Shown: piece after piece, positions 1-10,494 of the stretch | How positions within the stretch are numbered: the stretch's first letter is position 1 | Layout of the letters: each line of letters opens with the position of its first letter | NCBI GenBank assembly: GCA_963725885.1 | Contig: CAVSAH010000003.1 | Location: 23,158-87,157 of the forward strand | DNA: 64,000 nt | Direction: 5' to 3' | From: an uncultured Chloroflexia bacterium | Lineage (GTDB): Bacteria > Chloroflexota > Limnocylindria > QHBO01 | The notes under the pieces: generated by a model | Databases searched by the model: none | What the model saw: the letters and a program-made list of their open reading frames with translations, nothing else | Told to the model about the DNA's origin: nothing | Made by a program: the position numbers and the translations under genes

Positions 1-2
1 GG

Positions 3-425
3 TGGATCGAGATGCCCGACGGCTCGATCGAGGGTCAGTCCGACTTCGATCGGGCCGAGCGCCAGCAGCTCCTTCTTCTCGCCATGCGCAACGAGCTCGG
101 CCAGGCCGATACCATCCTCGAGCTTCCCGGGATCCTCGCCGCCGTGGCTCGGACGATCAGCACCGATGTGGAGCGCGGCGCTGCGGCAGAGCTGGCCAGC
201 CTCCTGCCGCTGGTGACCGGGACGGACATCGAGCGTGTCGTGCTCGATTACCCGACCTACGTCGAGCTGCCCGAAAGCCCCGGGACGAACTACCTGCTCC
301 TACCGCGGCGCGACGTCATCCGCGCCAAGATGGCCGAGATCTTCGGCGCCGATGAGCTGCGCGGCTGGTACCTGGGGAGTGACGCCGAGCGGCCGGGCAC
401 CGAGTCGGAGGACGACGGGGCCTAG
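3..425 (+). CDS. LCP (LytR-CpsA-Psr) family protein, C-terminal part (truncated by window edge)
   Basis: Frame open from window start; contains SDFDRAERQQ, matching the LCP D-F-x-R-x-x-R-Q-Q motif; converges on a TagO/WecA gene. Confidence 0.8.
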   Translation, partial: WIEMPDGSIEGQSDFDRAERQQLLLLAMRNELGQADTILELPGILAAVARTISTDVERGAAAELASLLPLVTGTDIERVVLDYPTYVELPESPGTNYLLLPRRDVIRAKMAEIFGADELRGWYLGSDAERPGTESEDDGA

Positions 426-1375
426 CGCAGACGCCCGATCAGCACGGCCAGCAACCCGAGCGCGGCGGACACGGCGGTCAGGAGCAGCATCGCGTCGCGT
501 TGGCTGAGGCCGAGGCGCAGGAGCTGATGGTGGATGTGCCCGCGATCGGCGACGAAGAACGGCTCACCGCGCGCGGTGCGACGCACGATCGCCCACAGCA
601 TGTCGGCCAGCGGGAGCGCGAGCGCCACGATAGGCACCCAAATTGGCGCCGGGTCGACGGGCTCCTGCGTGAGCGAGATGCCCACGGCGGCCACGATGAA
701 GCCGAGGAACATCGCGCCGGTGTCGCCCATGATGATCGACGCCGGATGGAGGTTGTAGGCGAGAAAGCCGGCCGCCGCGCCGCCGGTGGCGGCGATGATC
801 GGCAGGATCGGGTCCATCCGGTCGGCGGCAGCGACGAGGCCGAACGCGCCGAGGACGGTGAGCGCGATCCCCGCCGCGAGCCCGTCGAGGCCGTCGATGA
901 GGTTGATGGCGTTGATGACTCCCACGATCCAGATGAGCGTGATCGGGAGCGACAGGACGCCCAGCTCGATCGAGTCCGCCCCGATCGGAAGCTGCTCGAT
1001 GCGCAGGCCGAGCTGCCACGCCAGGGCCGCGGCCGCCACCTGGAAGACGAGCTTGACCATGGCCCGCATGCCGCGGATGTCGTCAACGACGCCCACCCCG
1101 ACGAGGAGCAGCACCGCCGCGAAGATGGCCGGAACGTACGAGCGTCCCAGCTCGGCCGGTGAGTCGAGGGTGGGCGAGGCCACGACGACGAACGCGATGG
1201 CGGCAGCGAAGCCGACGGCCATGGCCACACCCCCGAGGCGCGGTATCGGAACCTGGTGGACCTTGCGCTCGTCGGGCTGGTCGAGCCAGCCGTACCGATA
1301 GGCGACGCCGCGGACCAGCGGCGTGACGACCAGCGCCACGACGCAGGCGACCGCGAAGGTGATGGCGATCAGCAT
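422..1375 (-). CDS. Undecaprenyl-phosphate GlcNAc-1-phosphate transferase (TagO/WecA-like, MraY/GT4 superfamily)
   Basis: 317 aa polytopic membrane protein with GVVDD, NAINLIDGLDGLA, IMGDTGAMFLG and DRGHIHH motifs. Confidence 0.9.
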   Translation of the reverse strand: MLIAITFAVACVVALVVTPLVRGVAYRYGWLDQPDERKVHQVPIPRLGGVAMAVGFAAAIAFVVVASPTLDSPAELGRSYVPAIFAAVLLLVGVGVVDDIRGMRAMVKLVFQVAAAALAWQLGLRIEQLPIGADSIELGVLSLPITLIWIVGVINAINLIDGLDGLAAGIALTVLGAFGLVAAADRMDPILPIIAATGGAAAGFLAYNLHPASIIMGDTGAMFLGFIVAAVGISLTQEPVDPAPIWVPIVALALPLADMLWAIVRRTARGEPFFVADRGHIHHQLLRLGLSQRDAMLLLTAVSAALGLLAVLIGRLR

Positions 1376-1414
1376 CGGCGCGGATCGTAGCGGCTGGACG
1401 CTCGGTCGGGTGGC

Positions 1415-1460
1415 GAGCGATGGCTCGCTGCTGAGCGATGGCTCGCTGTCGAGCGATGGT
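1415..1460. repeat. 18-nt-period tandem repeat abutting the tRNA-Pro 3' end
   Basis: GAGCGATGGCTCGCTG at 1415-1430 and 1433-1448, partial third copy GAGCGATGGT at 1451-1460; each unit holds AGCGA-TGGC-TCGCT. Confidence 0.85.
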
Positions 1461-1533
1461 CGGGGCGGCCGGATTCGAACCGGCGACCTCCTGCTCCCAA
1501 AGCAGGCGATCTACCAGACTGATCTACGCCCCG
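1457..1533 (-). tRNA. tRNA-Pro (UGG), CCA encoded
   Basis: Reverse complement CGGGGCGTAGATCAGTCTGGTAGATCGCCTGCTTTGGGAGCAGGAGGTCGCCGGTTCGAATCCGGCCGCCCCGACCA: 77 nt cloverleaf, anticodon stem CCTGC/GCAGG with TGG, GGTTCGAATCC T-loop. Confidence 0.97.
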
Positions 1534-1570
1534 CATGGCGCCGGGTGCATCGGCGAGGGTAGCGCATCGG

Positions 1571-2686
1571 TCACGGGCGCTTGACCTCGTCCCAGAGAAG
1601 GTCCTTCTCCGCGAGCGAGAGCGACCCCAGGTCGATGCCCCGCTCAGCGGCGAGGCGTTCGACGCGCTCGTAGCGCTCGATCCAGCGGCGGTTGGCCACG
1701 CGCAGCGCCTCTTCGGGATCGATGTGCATCCACCGCGCGAGATTCACCGTGGCGAAGAGGACGTCGCCGACCTCGTGCAGCCGCGACGCGTCGTCTGAGG
1801 CTTCGCGGAGCTCGTCGAGCTCCTCTCCGACCTTCTCCCACACTCCGGCGATCGCCTCCCAGTCCCAGCCGAGGGTAGCGGCTCGCTCCTGGATCTCACG
1901 GCTCGCCGGAAGGGCGGGCAGGGCTCGAGCGACGCCAACGAACGTGCCGGCCTCGGGGTCCTTCCCGCGCTCCGCGCGCTCGTCGGCCTTGATCGCCTCC
2001 CAGTTGGTCATGACTTGCGCGACGCCGTCCACCTCGACGCTGCCGAAGACGTGCGGGTGCCGGCGCACGATCTTGGAGGCGATGGCGCGGTACACGTCGG
2101 TCAGGTCGAAGTCGCCCTCCTCGGCCGCGAACTGGGCGTGGAGGATGACCTGGAGGAAGAGGTCGCCGAGCTCCTCCGCGAGGTCCTCGGGCGAACCTTG
2201 CTCGATGGCGTCGACCGTCTCGTAGGCCTCCTCGAGCAGGTAGGGACGCAGGGTCAGGTGCGTCTGGCGGCGGTCCCACGGGCAGCCGTCCGGTGCGCGG
2301 AGCCGCGCGCTGATGGCGGCGATGCCGTGCGGGCTGGCCAGGTTGTCGATGGGATCCAGCGCCGGGACGAGCCAGTCCGACGCGGCGAGTGATGGCTCGT
2401 CGAGCGACTCGAGTGCGACCTCCTGGGCGTCGGCAAGCCGGCGCAGCCCGTGGCGCGGCGGGTAGAGGGCCGCCAGGGCCGCGCGTGGCCCGTGTCGCGC
2501 GTGGCGCCCGGGCAGGTTCGGTGCGGGCTCGCCCGCGACGTCGCCCGCGAGGAGCACGAGGGGAAGCGACGGATCGACCGCGACCGCTGCGAGCCGCCCG
2601 ATGCCGACCACCTGGAGCCCGTCCTGCGGCACCAGGCCGGCCGCCTCGATCAGGGCGTCGACGGATCGCGGGCGAGCCTCGCCCAT
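1571..2686 (-). CDS. mazG: Nucleoside triphosphate pyrophosphohydrolase MazG with N-terminal extension
   Basis: LRAPDGCPWDRRQT, EEAYETVDAI, EELGDLFLQV, KIVRRHPHVF and second-domain EVGDVLFATVNLAR. Confidence 0.93.
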   Translation of the reverse strand: MGEARPRSVDALIEAAGLVPQDGLQVVGIGRLAAVAVDPSLPLVLLAGDVAGEPAPNLPGRHARHGPRAALAALYPPRHGLRRLADAQEVALESLDEPSLAASDWLVPALDPIDNLASPHGIAAISARLRAPDGCPWDRRQTHLTLRPYLLEEAYETVDAIEQGSPEDLAEELGDLFLQVILHAQFAAEEGDFDLTDVYRAIASKIVRRHPHVFGSVEVDGVAQVMTNWEAIKADERAERGKDPEAGTFVGVARALPALPASREIQERAATLGWDWEAIAGVWEKVGEELDELREASDDASRLHEVGDVLFATVNLARWMHIDPEEALRVANRRWIERYERVERLAAERGIDLGSLSLAEKDLLWDEVKRP

Positions 2687-2690
2687 CGGC

Positions 2691-4424
2691 TCAGACTCCC
2701 GTGGTCGGAGGCGCGAACTGTGGGTCGATCCACGTGTCGACGGGGTCGCGCACGACCTCGTCGAGCCAGCGCTGGAACCCGGTGGCCTGGATCTCGGTGA
2801 GGCGCTCCTCCTCGATCTCGCGGCTCTCGCTCTCCTCGAGCAGCTGGTAGATCGTCGTTCCCGACGTGCCCCCGTCGACCGGGTCGCTGATGTCGCCCAC
2901 GGCCTCGATCGCGAAGACCGCCTCCTCGAGCGCTCGGCTCAGCTGCCAGCGCGCCACCCAGCCCAGCTCGCCGCCCTCGACGGCCGTCGCCCGGTCGTCG
3001 CTCTCGAGCTCGGCGATCTCGGCGAAGCTGTCCGGGTCCGCCTCGAGCCGCTCGAGGATGTCGGTGATCTGCGCTTCGGGGCTCTCGCGCTCCGCCGTCT
3101 TCTGGATGACGTGGTAGCCGAAGTCGGTGCGCACCGGCTCGCTGATGTCGCCGATCTCGAGGTCCGCCAGCGCGAGGGAGAACGGCTCGACGAATGGGGG
3201 CTCCTCGGGGTCGTACCAGCCGAGGTCCCCGCCGCGCGTCGCCGAGCCTGGGTCGTCGCTGTGCTCCTCGGCGATCTCGGCCCAGTCGGCGTCGGGATCG
3301 GCCACGAGCTCGGCGACCTCGGTGGCCTCGGCGAGGGCCGCCGCCCACTGCTCCTCGGTTGCCTCCGCCTGGTCCTCCAGCTCGGGATCCGGCTGGACGA
3401 GGACGTGGCGCGCACGCTCCTGGGGCACGGCGGTTCCGCTCACCGGCGCAATCACGATCTGCGCGACACGCCTCTGCTCGGCCGGGCTGACGAGCACCTC
3501 GGTGTCGAACTCCTCCTGGTACGCCTCGGCCACGGCGAACTCGCGCGCGTACTCGCGGTAGTCCTCGTCGGTCACGCCCTGGGAGTGCAGGAGCTCGGAC
3601 AGTGCGTCGTCCTGGGCCTCGCGCCGCTGGGCGAGGTGGAGCAGCGCCACGCCGCCCTCGACCTCGACCGGACCGACGATGTCCCCGGGGTCCGCGTCGT
3701 CGAGGAGCTCGAAGTACTCGGCGTAGGCCGGATCGTCGGCAGCGATCCAGCCGATGCTGCCCGCGAACTCGGCGCTCGGATCGTCGCTGACGTCCAGCGC
3801 GACGGCCCCGAAGTCCTCGCCGCCCTCGACCCGCGCGAGCGCCGCCTCGGCCTCCTCGGTGGCGGCGGCAATCTGCTCCTCGGTTGGCTCAGCCTCGGGA
3901 TCCGCATCCTCTGGCAGTGGGTCGATCAGGATGAGGTTGATCCACAGCCGCTCGGGGAGGGACTTGCGCGAGGCCTCTGCCTCGTCGACCTCGGCCTCGG
4001 TGACGCTGATCCCAAGATCCTCGGTACGCGAGGCCAGCACGGCGCCATCGACGAGGGACGTGACGGCGTCGCTCGTCACGTTGTTGAGCTGCTCGGAGAG
4101 CGCCTGGACCTGCTGCTGGATGAACTGGTCGCGCGCGCTGCCGGCGAGCTGGCCCTGGAGCTCGGCGATCGTGGCGATCCCCTCGGCGGCCAGAATCTGC
4201 TCGCGCGTCGTGAGGTCCGAGCGGAGGAAGGTCTCGCCCTCCACCGACGCGATCGGGCGCAGGTGGGCGTCCCAGTATCCGTACCATGCGGCGGCCCCGA
4301 AGATTCCGATCGCCACGCCGATGGCGACCGCGAACCCGACGATGGTCAGCTGCTGGGTGCGCAGCTCATCCTGCCAGCGCGGACGGTGCTTTCGGTCAAG
4401 GACCGGTCGGGTTCGGAAGCTCAT
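2691..4424 (-). CDS. Membrane-anchored peptidyl-prolyl isomerase/foldase (PrsA/SurA-like) with three parvulin-like domains
   Basis: N-terminal TM helix; three repeats of F/W-x-x-x-A-x-x-x-SDD...GG-x-L/IGW, including ARHVL and PVRTDFGYHVI. Confidence 0.85.
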   Translation of the reverse strand: MSFRTRPVLDRKHRPRWQDELRTQQLTIVGFAVAIGVAIGIFGAAAWYGYWDAHLRPIASVEGETFLRSDLTTREQILAAEGIATIAELQGQLAGSARDQFIQQQVQALSEQLNNVTSDAVTSLVDGAVLASRTEDLGISVTEAEVDEAEASRKSLPERLWINLILIDPLPEDADPEAEPTEEQIAAATEEAEAALARVEGGEDFGAVALDVSDDPSAEFAGSIGWIAADDPAYAEYFELLDDADPGDIVGPVEVEGGVALLHLAQRREAQDDALSELLHSQGVTDEDYREYAREFAVAEAYQEEFDTEVLVSPAEQRRVAQIVIAPVSGTAVPQERARHVLVQPDPELEDQAEATEEQWAAALAEATEVAELVADPDADWAEIAEEHSDDPGSATRGGDLGWYDPEEPPFVEPFSLALADLEIGDISEPVRTDFGYHVIQKTAERESPEAQITDILERLEADPDSFAEIAELESDDRATAVEGGELGWVARWQLSRALEEAVFAIEAVGDISDPVDGGTSGTTIYQLLEESESREIEEERLTEIQATGFQRWLDEVVRDPVDTWIDPQFAPPTTGV

Positions 4425-4529
4425 CGTGCCTCGGTCATGCAGCGGCTGAGTGGCTGCGGCCGTGTCGGCCGCCGGGCGGGCGAGGCGCCATGCTAGCCGA
4501 AGACCCGATGCCGCGCAGGGAGCCCGATC

Positions 4530-5321
4530 TCATCGGCGCGCGATCGCGTCACGGACCGCGTTCCAGCGCAGGCGCAGCACGAGCCCCATGGCCTCGACGA
4601 CGATTCCGCCTCTCATCTTGGACGTGCCGACGACCCGCTCGCGGAACACGATCGGCACCTGCGTGATATGAGCCCCGCGCCGGTGCGCCCACCAGGTCGT
4701 CTCGATCTGGAACCCGTATCCCGAGCCCGACGTCTCGCGCAAGCGAATCGCCTCGAGCACCTCGCGGCGCCAGGCCTTGAAGCCCCCCGTCAGATCGCGG
4801 TACGGCAGCAGCAGCACGGTGCGCGCGAACAGGGTGCCCCCGCGGCTGATCAGCCGCCGGTACCAGGGCCAGCCGACCGTCGCACCACCTCGGATCCAGC
4901 GAGTCCCGAGGACGAGATCGGCGTCGCGCATGAGGGGTGTCAGGAGCCGCGGGAGGTCCGCGGGATCATGGCTGAAGTCCGCGTCCATCTGGACGACCGC
5001 CTTCACCTCGGGGCGCTCCAGCACCCAGCGGAACCCGTCGCGATAGGCGGCCCCGAGCCCCTGCTTGCCCGGCCGATGCAGGACGGACACGCGGCTCTCG
5101 CGGGCGGCGAGGGTGTCGGCAAGGGCGCCCGTGCCATCGGGGGAGCTGTCGTCGACGATGAGCAGCGATGCCTCCGGGAGGGCGGCGAGGATCGCGGTCG
5201 AGATGGGCCCGATGTTCTCGCGCTCGTTGTACGTGGGCAGCACCACCCAGACACCCCGGCCGGCTGCCAGCCCGACGGCCGGCGTCAGCGCCTCGCCGGG
5301 CACGGGCGTATCGGTGGCCAT
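4530..5321 (-). CDS. Polyprenol-phosphate mannose synthase (Ppm1/Dpm1-like GT2)
   Basis: VVLPTYNERENI, IVDDSSPDGTG, QMDADFSHDP, DLTGGFKAWR, GYGFQIE, GTSKM. Start moved to ATG 5321, which has a GGAGAG SD. Confidence 0.88.
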   Translation of the reverse strand: MATDTPVPGEALTPAVGLAAGRGVWVVLPTYNERENIGPISTAILAALPEASLLIVDDSSPDGTGALADTLAARESRVSVLHRPGKQGLGAAYRDGFRWVLERPEVKAVVQMDADFSHDPADLPRLLTPLMRDADLVLGTRWIRGGATVGWPWYRRLISRGGTLFARTVLLLPYRDLTGGFKAWRREVLEAIRLRETSGSGYGFQIETTWWAHRRGAHITQVPIVFRERVVGTSKMRGGIVVEAMGLVLRLRWNAVRDAIARR

Positions 5322-5403
5322 CGGCTCTCCCAGTGCGGCGGTGCGCATTCTATCCGCCCCGACCGGTGCGCCGGTGGGCGGGATGCCATCGCGTCGGAGC
5401 GGG

Positions 5404-7878
5404 TCAGCGGAAGGCGCGCGTCAGGAACGTCGCCATCTGCGCGCGCGTCACCGCTCCATCGGGGCAGTAGCGCGTCGCCGAGCAGCCAGCCGTGAGCCCG
5501 GCTGCGGCGATGGCATTGATCCGTGCCTCGTGCGTGGACGAGTTGTCGTCGACGAAGTAGTCGGTGCCGACCGCGGCAAGGTCCAGAGCGCGCACCAGGA
5601 ACGTCGCCATCTGGGCGCGCGTGACGACGCCGTCAGGGCAGAACCGCGATCCGTCGCAGCCCGCGGTGATGCCCGCATCGGCGATCCGGTTGATGTTGCC
5701 GACTCGTGCGTGTTGCCGTCGTCATCGGCGAAGTGGTCGACGGTCGACGCCGGCAGGTCGAGGGCACGGGCCAGGAAGGTCGCCATCTGGCCTCGGGTCA
5801 CCAGGCCGTTCGGGCAGAAGCGCTCCGGCGGCGCAGCCGGCTGGTGATGCCGTTGGCATAGATCCACTCGATGGAGGCCTCGTGCACGTTGCCGTCGGCA
5901 TCGGGGAACGTGCCCGGTCCGGTCGTGAACGTGAGGCTCACCGTCGCTGCCAGCGCGTTTCCGGCGATGTCGGTGACGCCGGTGGTGGCCTCGACGCGAT
6001 ATTGGCGCTCCCGACCGAGCCGGCCGGTGGTGATCGTCGCCGTTCGCGACGCGCTGTCGTAGGTGACGGTGCCGGGCACGATCGTGTTGGCGGCGACGTC
6101 GCGCAGGCGCACTGTGGCGCTTGTGACGTTGGCGACGGGCTCGTCGAAGGTCACTCGCGGCCGCGCGATGCGGCTCACCCCGCTGGCGCCGGAGGACGGG
6201 TAGCTGACCGTCGCCTTCGGCCGGGCGGTGTCGACGTACGTCGGAACGACGGTGTACCTGGCCGGATTGCCGTTGGCGTACCAGTTCCAGACCTTCACGA
6301 GGATCCGGGCCGGCCCGCTGACGGTGGTCTGTGCCAGCTCGGTCCCGGACTCGCTGACCGCGTCGGTGTGACGCAGCAGGGTCCCCGACGTCGAGTACAG
6401 CTCGACGACGGGATCGACCGGGATCGGGCTCCTGTTCCACGGGTAGGCACGGCTGTCGACGACGCCCGTGACCCGGACGTCGAGGCGGCCGGCCCGCGGC
6501 ACGTCGACCGCGAACCAGTCGACGTCCCCGGCCGGGTAGAGGGATGGGCGCGTGGTCGCGGCGAGCGTGATGCGCTTTGCGGCCGCAAGCGAGTTGTTGC
6601 CCTCGAGGCCGTCCCGCGCGGGCAGCGATGGAGCGGCGACGCTGCCGCCGACGGCACGGAAGGCGTTGACGCGGCCGGCACCGTAGTGGGCGTCCCAGCC
6701 TCCGTAGCCGAGGTCATCGACCGTGCTCGTTCAGGCGCGCCACGACATCGCCTGGCGGGGCGTCCGGCCAGCGCGCTCGGATGAGCGCGATCACGCCGGC
6801 CGTGTTCGGCGTCGCGAAGCTCGTGCCGCTGATGTAGGTGTGCGTTCCCCACGAGTCGTGATCGGCGTAGGTGCAGGCGTAGCAGTTCGTGGTCAGCACG
6901 GACGAGCCCGGCGCGGACGACGTCCACCTTCGGGCCCCAGCTCGACCAGTTGCTGAACTCGTCTTCCGTCTGCGTGGCGCTCACGCTCACGACGTTGTCG
7001 TAGCTGGCCGGGTAGTACGTCTCCGATCGCCGGTTGTTGCCCGCAGCGCCGACGAGGACGGCCCCCTCGCTCCAGGCGTAGTTCACCGCGTCCTGCACGA
7101 GCTGCGAGTACGGGAAGCCGCCGACGCTCATGTTGATGACGTCGGCGCCGTGGTCCGCCGCCCAGCGGATGCCCTCCATCAGGTCGGCCGTGGTTCCGGT
7201 GCCGGTGCCGTCCATGATCTTCACGGGCATCACCCTGTCGGTCCAGCTGATCCCGGCGATCCCGTATCCGTCGTTGGCGTTGGCCGCGATGATGCCGCTG
7301 ACCCACGTTCCGTGGCCGTTGTCGTCGGTGGGGTTGGAGTCGTCGTTGACAAGGTCGATCCCGGCCACCAGGCGTCCCGCCAGGTCGGGATGGTTGAGCT
7401 GGGCGCCGGTGTCGAGGACCGCGATGACGTTCGCCGCACCGGTGGTTCGCGTCCACGCGTCGCGGACGCGCATGCGGTCGAGGGAGTACTGGTCGCCGGT
7501 CTCTGGGTCGTTTACGACGATGCCGAGCTCCCCGCTCTCATCGGTCAGTTCGACGCGGTAGTTCGGCTCGACGACGGCGACCGCGGGATCGGCGCGCAGG
7601 TCGGCGACGGCCTGATCCACGGAGCGGCCGCCGGTCGATACGACGATCGGGACGCCGACGTCGGCGGAGCCATCGGGGGCATCCATGACGCGCATCCCGC
7701 GCTGCTCGAGACGACCGATGCCGCTCGAGCTGCGGAGCTGGACCACGACCTCCCCGGGGATGACCCAGTCGGCGTCGGTCGCGGGTACGGGTGCGGGCGC
7801 TGGCTCGGCGGCTGCCACCGGCAGGGCCGCTCCGAGGAGGAGCATGACGGCGAGAACGGTGCGGTAGGCTCGAGACAC
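5404..7878 (-). CDS. Secreted subtilisin-like S8 protease + PPC-like + Ig-like (Big_5) + 3 SLH domains; about 4 frameshifts (~6920, ~6730, ~5845, ~5700)
   Basis: Signal peptide from GTG 7878 (GGAG upstream); triad IAVLDTG / DNGHGT / GTSFATP; VTFDEPV Ig-like motif; three TR(G/A)QMATFL repeats; pieced together from several frames. Confidence 0.85.
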
Positions 7879-8015
7879 GACGCGTGGGCTCCGGTGCGGT
7901 TCGCTGAGGTCCGCATCGCCACCGGCAGAGGGAGCGATGTGCGGGACCACCCTACGCCGCCCCGCGACGGCCGCGCGACCTGACCTTGTACCCGGCCCGA
8001 AAAGGGACCGATGGG

Positions 8016-8604
8016 CTAGCCGCCCGAAAGGACCTCGCGCAGTCGTGGCAGGGCGGCGGCGACGGCTCGACCGCGATGGCTGATCGCGTCCTTCTCGGCC
8101 TCCGACAGCTCCGCGGTGGTCACCCCCTGCGGCAGCAGGAAGATCGGGTCGTAGCCGAATCCGCCGCTCCCACGCCGCGCATCGGCGACCGTCCCCTCGA
8201 CGGTGCCGGTGAAGGTCTCCACCGTCGGCGCCGGCCGCGGTCGGGATGGCCACGGCGAGCACGCACACCATCCGCGCACGCCGATCGGAGCCGGCGGGCA
8301 GCGCCTCGAGCAGGCTCGTCACCTTGTCCGCGCCGCCCCAGCGGGCGCTCCGCACGCCCGGTCCCCAGCCGAGGGCGGCGACCTCGATGCCGGAGTCGTC
8401 GGCGATGCTCGGCAGCCCGGACGCATCGGCGTAGGCGATCGCCTTGGCGACGGCGTTCTCGGCGTACGTGTCGTGCGGCTCGGGGACGTCGAGGTCGAGC
8501 CCGATCGCATCGGGGACGACGATCTCGGCTCCGAGCGGAGCGAGGAGGCGACGCAGCTCGGCCTGCTTGCCCTGGTTCGTGGTCGCGACCAGGAGCGGCC
8601 TCAC
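8016..8604 (-). CDS. rdgB: Non-canonical purine NTP pyrophosphatase RdgB/HAM1; one frameshift ~8225
   Basis: [41 protein letters not shown]; GTG overlaps the rph stop (GTGA); rph-rdgB is a classic pair. Confidence 0.92.
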
Positions 8605-9338
8605 GCGCCGGGCGGGGCCTCGATCGCCGCGCGCTGGAGCGTGAACAGCTGGCGGATGCCAGCCGCCGCGAGGTCGATCATCTGGTCCATCTGCTGCCGG
8701 GTGAACGCCCCGTGCTCCGCGGTTCCCTGCACCTCGAGGAGCCGGTCGTCGTCGACCATGACCACGTTGAAGTCGACCTCGGCGGTCGAGTCCTCGCTGT
8801 AGTCGAGGTCGAGATACGGTTGGGCATTGACGAGGCCCACGCTGATCGCCGCGACCTGTCCGGTGATGAGGTGCCCCATCCCGTACTTGTTGAGGGCCCG
8901 CGCCAGCGCCACGTACGCGCCGGTGATGCTCGCCGTCCGCGTGCCGCCATCGGCCTGGATCACGTCGCAGTCGAGGGTGATCGACCGCTCGCCGAGCTTC
9001 CCCATGTCCACGACGCCCCGTAGCGAGCGTCCGATGAGGCGCTGGATCTCGTGCGTCCGCCCGCCGATGGAGCCGCGGGCCGCCTCGCGCTGGCTGCGTT
9101 CGGTGCCGGCTCGGGGGAGCATGCTGTACTCGGCGGTGACCCAGCCGCGGCCCTTGCCGCGCATCCATCCGGGCACCCGGTCCTCGATCGTCGCCGCGCA
9201 GATGACGCGCGTGTCGCCGACGCGGATGAGGACCGACCCCTCGGCGAACTTGATGTAGTCGGGGACGATCTTCACCGGGCGCAGCTGGTTCGGGACCCGG
9301 CCGTCGGTCCGCCGGCCCGTCGCGACGGGGGTGCTCAT
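8601..9338 (-). CDS. rph: Ribonuclease PH
   Basis: [61 protein letters not shown]. Confidence 0.97.
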   Translation of the reverse strand: MSTPVATGRRTDGRVPNQLRPVKIVPDYIKFAEGSVLIRVGDTRVICAATIEDRVPGWMRGKGRGWVTAEYSMLPRAGTERSQREAARGSIGGRTHEIQRLIGRSLRGVVDMGKLGERSITLDCDVIQADGGTRTASITGAYVALARALNKYGMGHLITGQVAAISVGLVNAQPYLDLDYSEDSTAEVDFNVVMVDDDRLLEVQGTAEHGAFTRQQMDQMIDLAAAGIRQLFTLQRAAIEAPPGA

Positions 9339-9375
9339 CAGGCCGCCGATTCTACCCGCGCGCCGCGCGGAGCGG

Positions 9376-10377
9376 TCAGTCGAACGCGCGGTGGATGAAC
9401 GCGGCCATCTGCCCGCGGGTGACGGCGCCGCTCGGGCAGTACGACCTGGGCCCGCAGCCGCCGGTGATTCCCGCCTCGGCGATTCGGTTGATGGCGGACT
9501 CGTGGGTGCTCCCGTCGTCGTCGTCGAACCAGTCGTGGGTCGCTGCCGGCAGGTCGAGCGCCCGCGCCAGGAACGTCGCCATCTGGGCGCGACTGACGAG
9601 GCCGTCGGGACAGAAGCGCGACGCCGAGCAGCCCGAGGTGATCTCCTCGCGCGCGAAGCGGTTGATGTTGGTCTCGTGCTTGTTGCCGTCGTCGTCGACG
9701 AAGAAGTCGCGGCTCGTCGATGGCAGGTTCATGGCGCGGCTCACGAAGGTCGCCATCTGGCCGCGCGTGACCAGGCCGGTCGGGCAGAAGCGGGTCGACG
9801 AGCATCCTGCGGTGATGCGTTCGTCGACGAGCCACACGATGTCCTCGTAGAACTTCGAGCTGCCGATGTCGGAGAAGCCGGACGGGTCGGCGTTGCACAG
9901 CTTCACGAAGATCATCACGCCGTACCAGCGCTCGTCCTCTTCGCTGTACAGCCGTGCGCCGCTGGCGTGGGTGTAGTCGCCGAGCATCACCGACTTGTGG
10001 CCCGGTGAGTTCCACCACTGGTCGCCGAAGTCCGCGAAGTCGCCGCTGCGGTTGTACGCGACGATCTCGCCGAACCCCTGCCAGCACACGCCATCGCGGT
10101 CGAACTTGCGCCGCAGATCGGTGAAGTCATGGCCGAGCTCACCGTCGGCGACCATCTCCTCCGCACGCTCCTCGGCGATCGCGTCGATGCGGGCGTCCAT
10201 GCGGACCGGCGCTCGCGCGGACTCGGTGCGGTAGTCGTTGGCCATGTCGAGGAGTCCGGTGCCGCCCTCCGCGGCAACGGGAGCGGCGGTGAGACCCAGG
10301 GTCGCAGCGGCGAGGGTCAGGCCCGCCACGAGGGCGGCCAGGGGGCGACGGGCGTGCGTCGTTGATGCGTCGATGAT
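9376..10377 (-). CDS. Secreted CAP (SCP/YkwD-like) domain + 3 SLH domains; start uncertain (GTG 10329, or ATC 10374/10377)
   Basis: CAP motifs [25 protein letters not shown]; three SLH repeats; signal peptide. Confidence 0.85.
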   Translation of the reverse strand: MIDASTTHARRPLAALVAGLTLAAATLGLTAAPVAAEGGTGLLDMANDYRTESARAPVRMDARIDAIAEERAEEMVADGELGHDFTDLRRKFDRDGVCWQGFGEIVAYNRSGDFADFGDQWWNSPGHKSVMLGDYTHASGARLYSEEDERWYGVMIFVKLCNADPSGFSDIGSSKFYEDIVWLVDERITAGCSSTRFCPTGLVTRGQMATFVSRAMNLPSTSRDFFVDDDGNKHETNINRFAREEITSGCSASRFCPDGLVSRAQMATFLARALDLPAATHDWFDDDDGSTHESAINRIAEAGITGGCGPRSYCPSGAVTRGQMAAFIHRAFD

Positions 10378-10494
10378 CGGCTCCAGGGATGCAGGATTGG
10401 TGCCCCCGAGCCTAGGGAAGCGCGACGCGTCGAACGATGGGCCGATGGTGCGGCGGGTGGTGGGCCTTTCGGTGGCCAGTCCCGCGCGCGGGGC

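Noticed and set aside
1457-1533. tRNA-Pro as the boundary of a genomic island
   Set aside because: No integrase, no distant att duplicate seen, and flanking genes are housekeeping/envelope with no visible compositional shift.
6295-9168. 957-aa ORF as one giant protein
   Set aside because: Chimera of off-frame rph sequence, the N-terminal part of rdgB and the N-terminal part of the S8 protease, joined by a frameshift that bypasses the rdgB stop.
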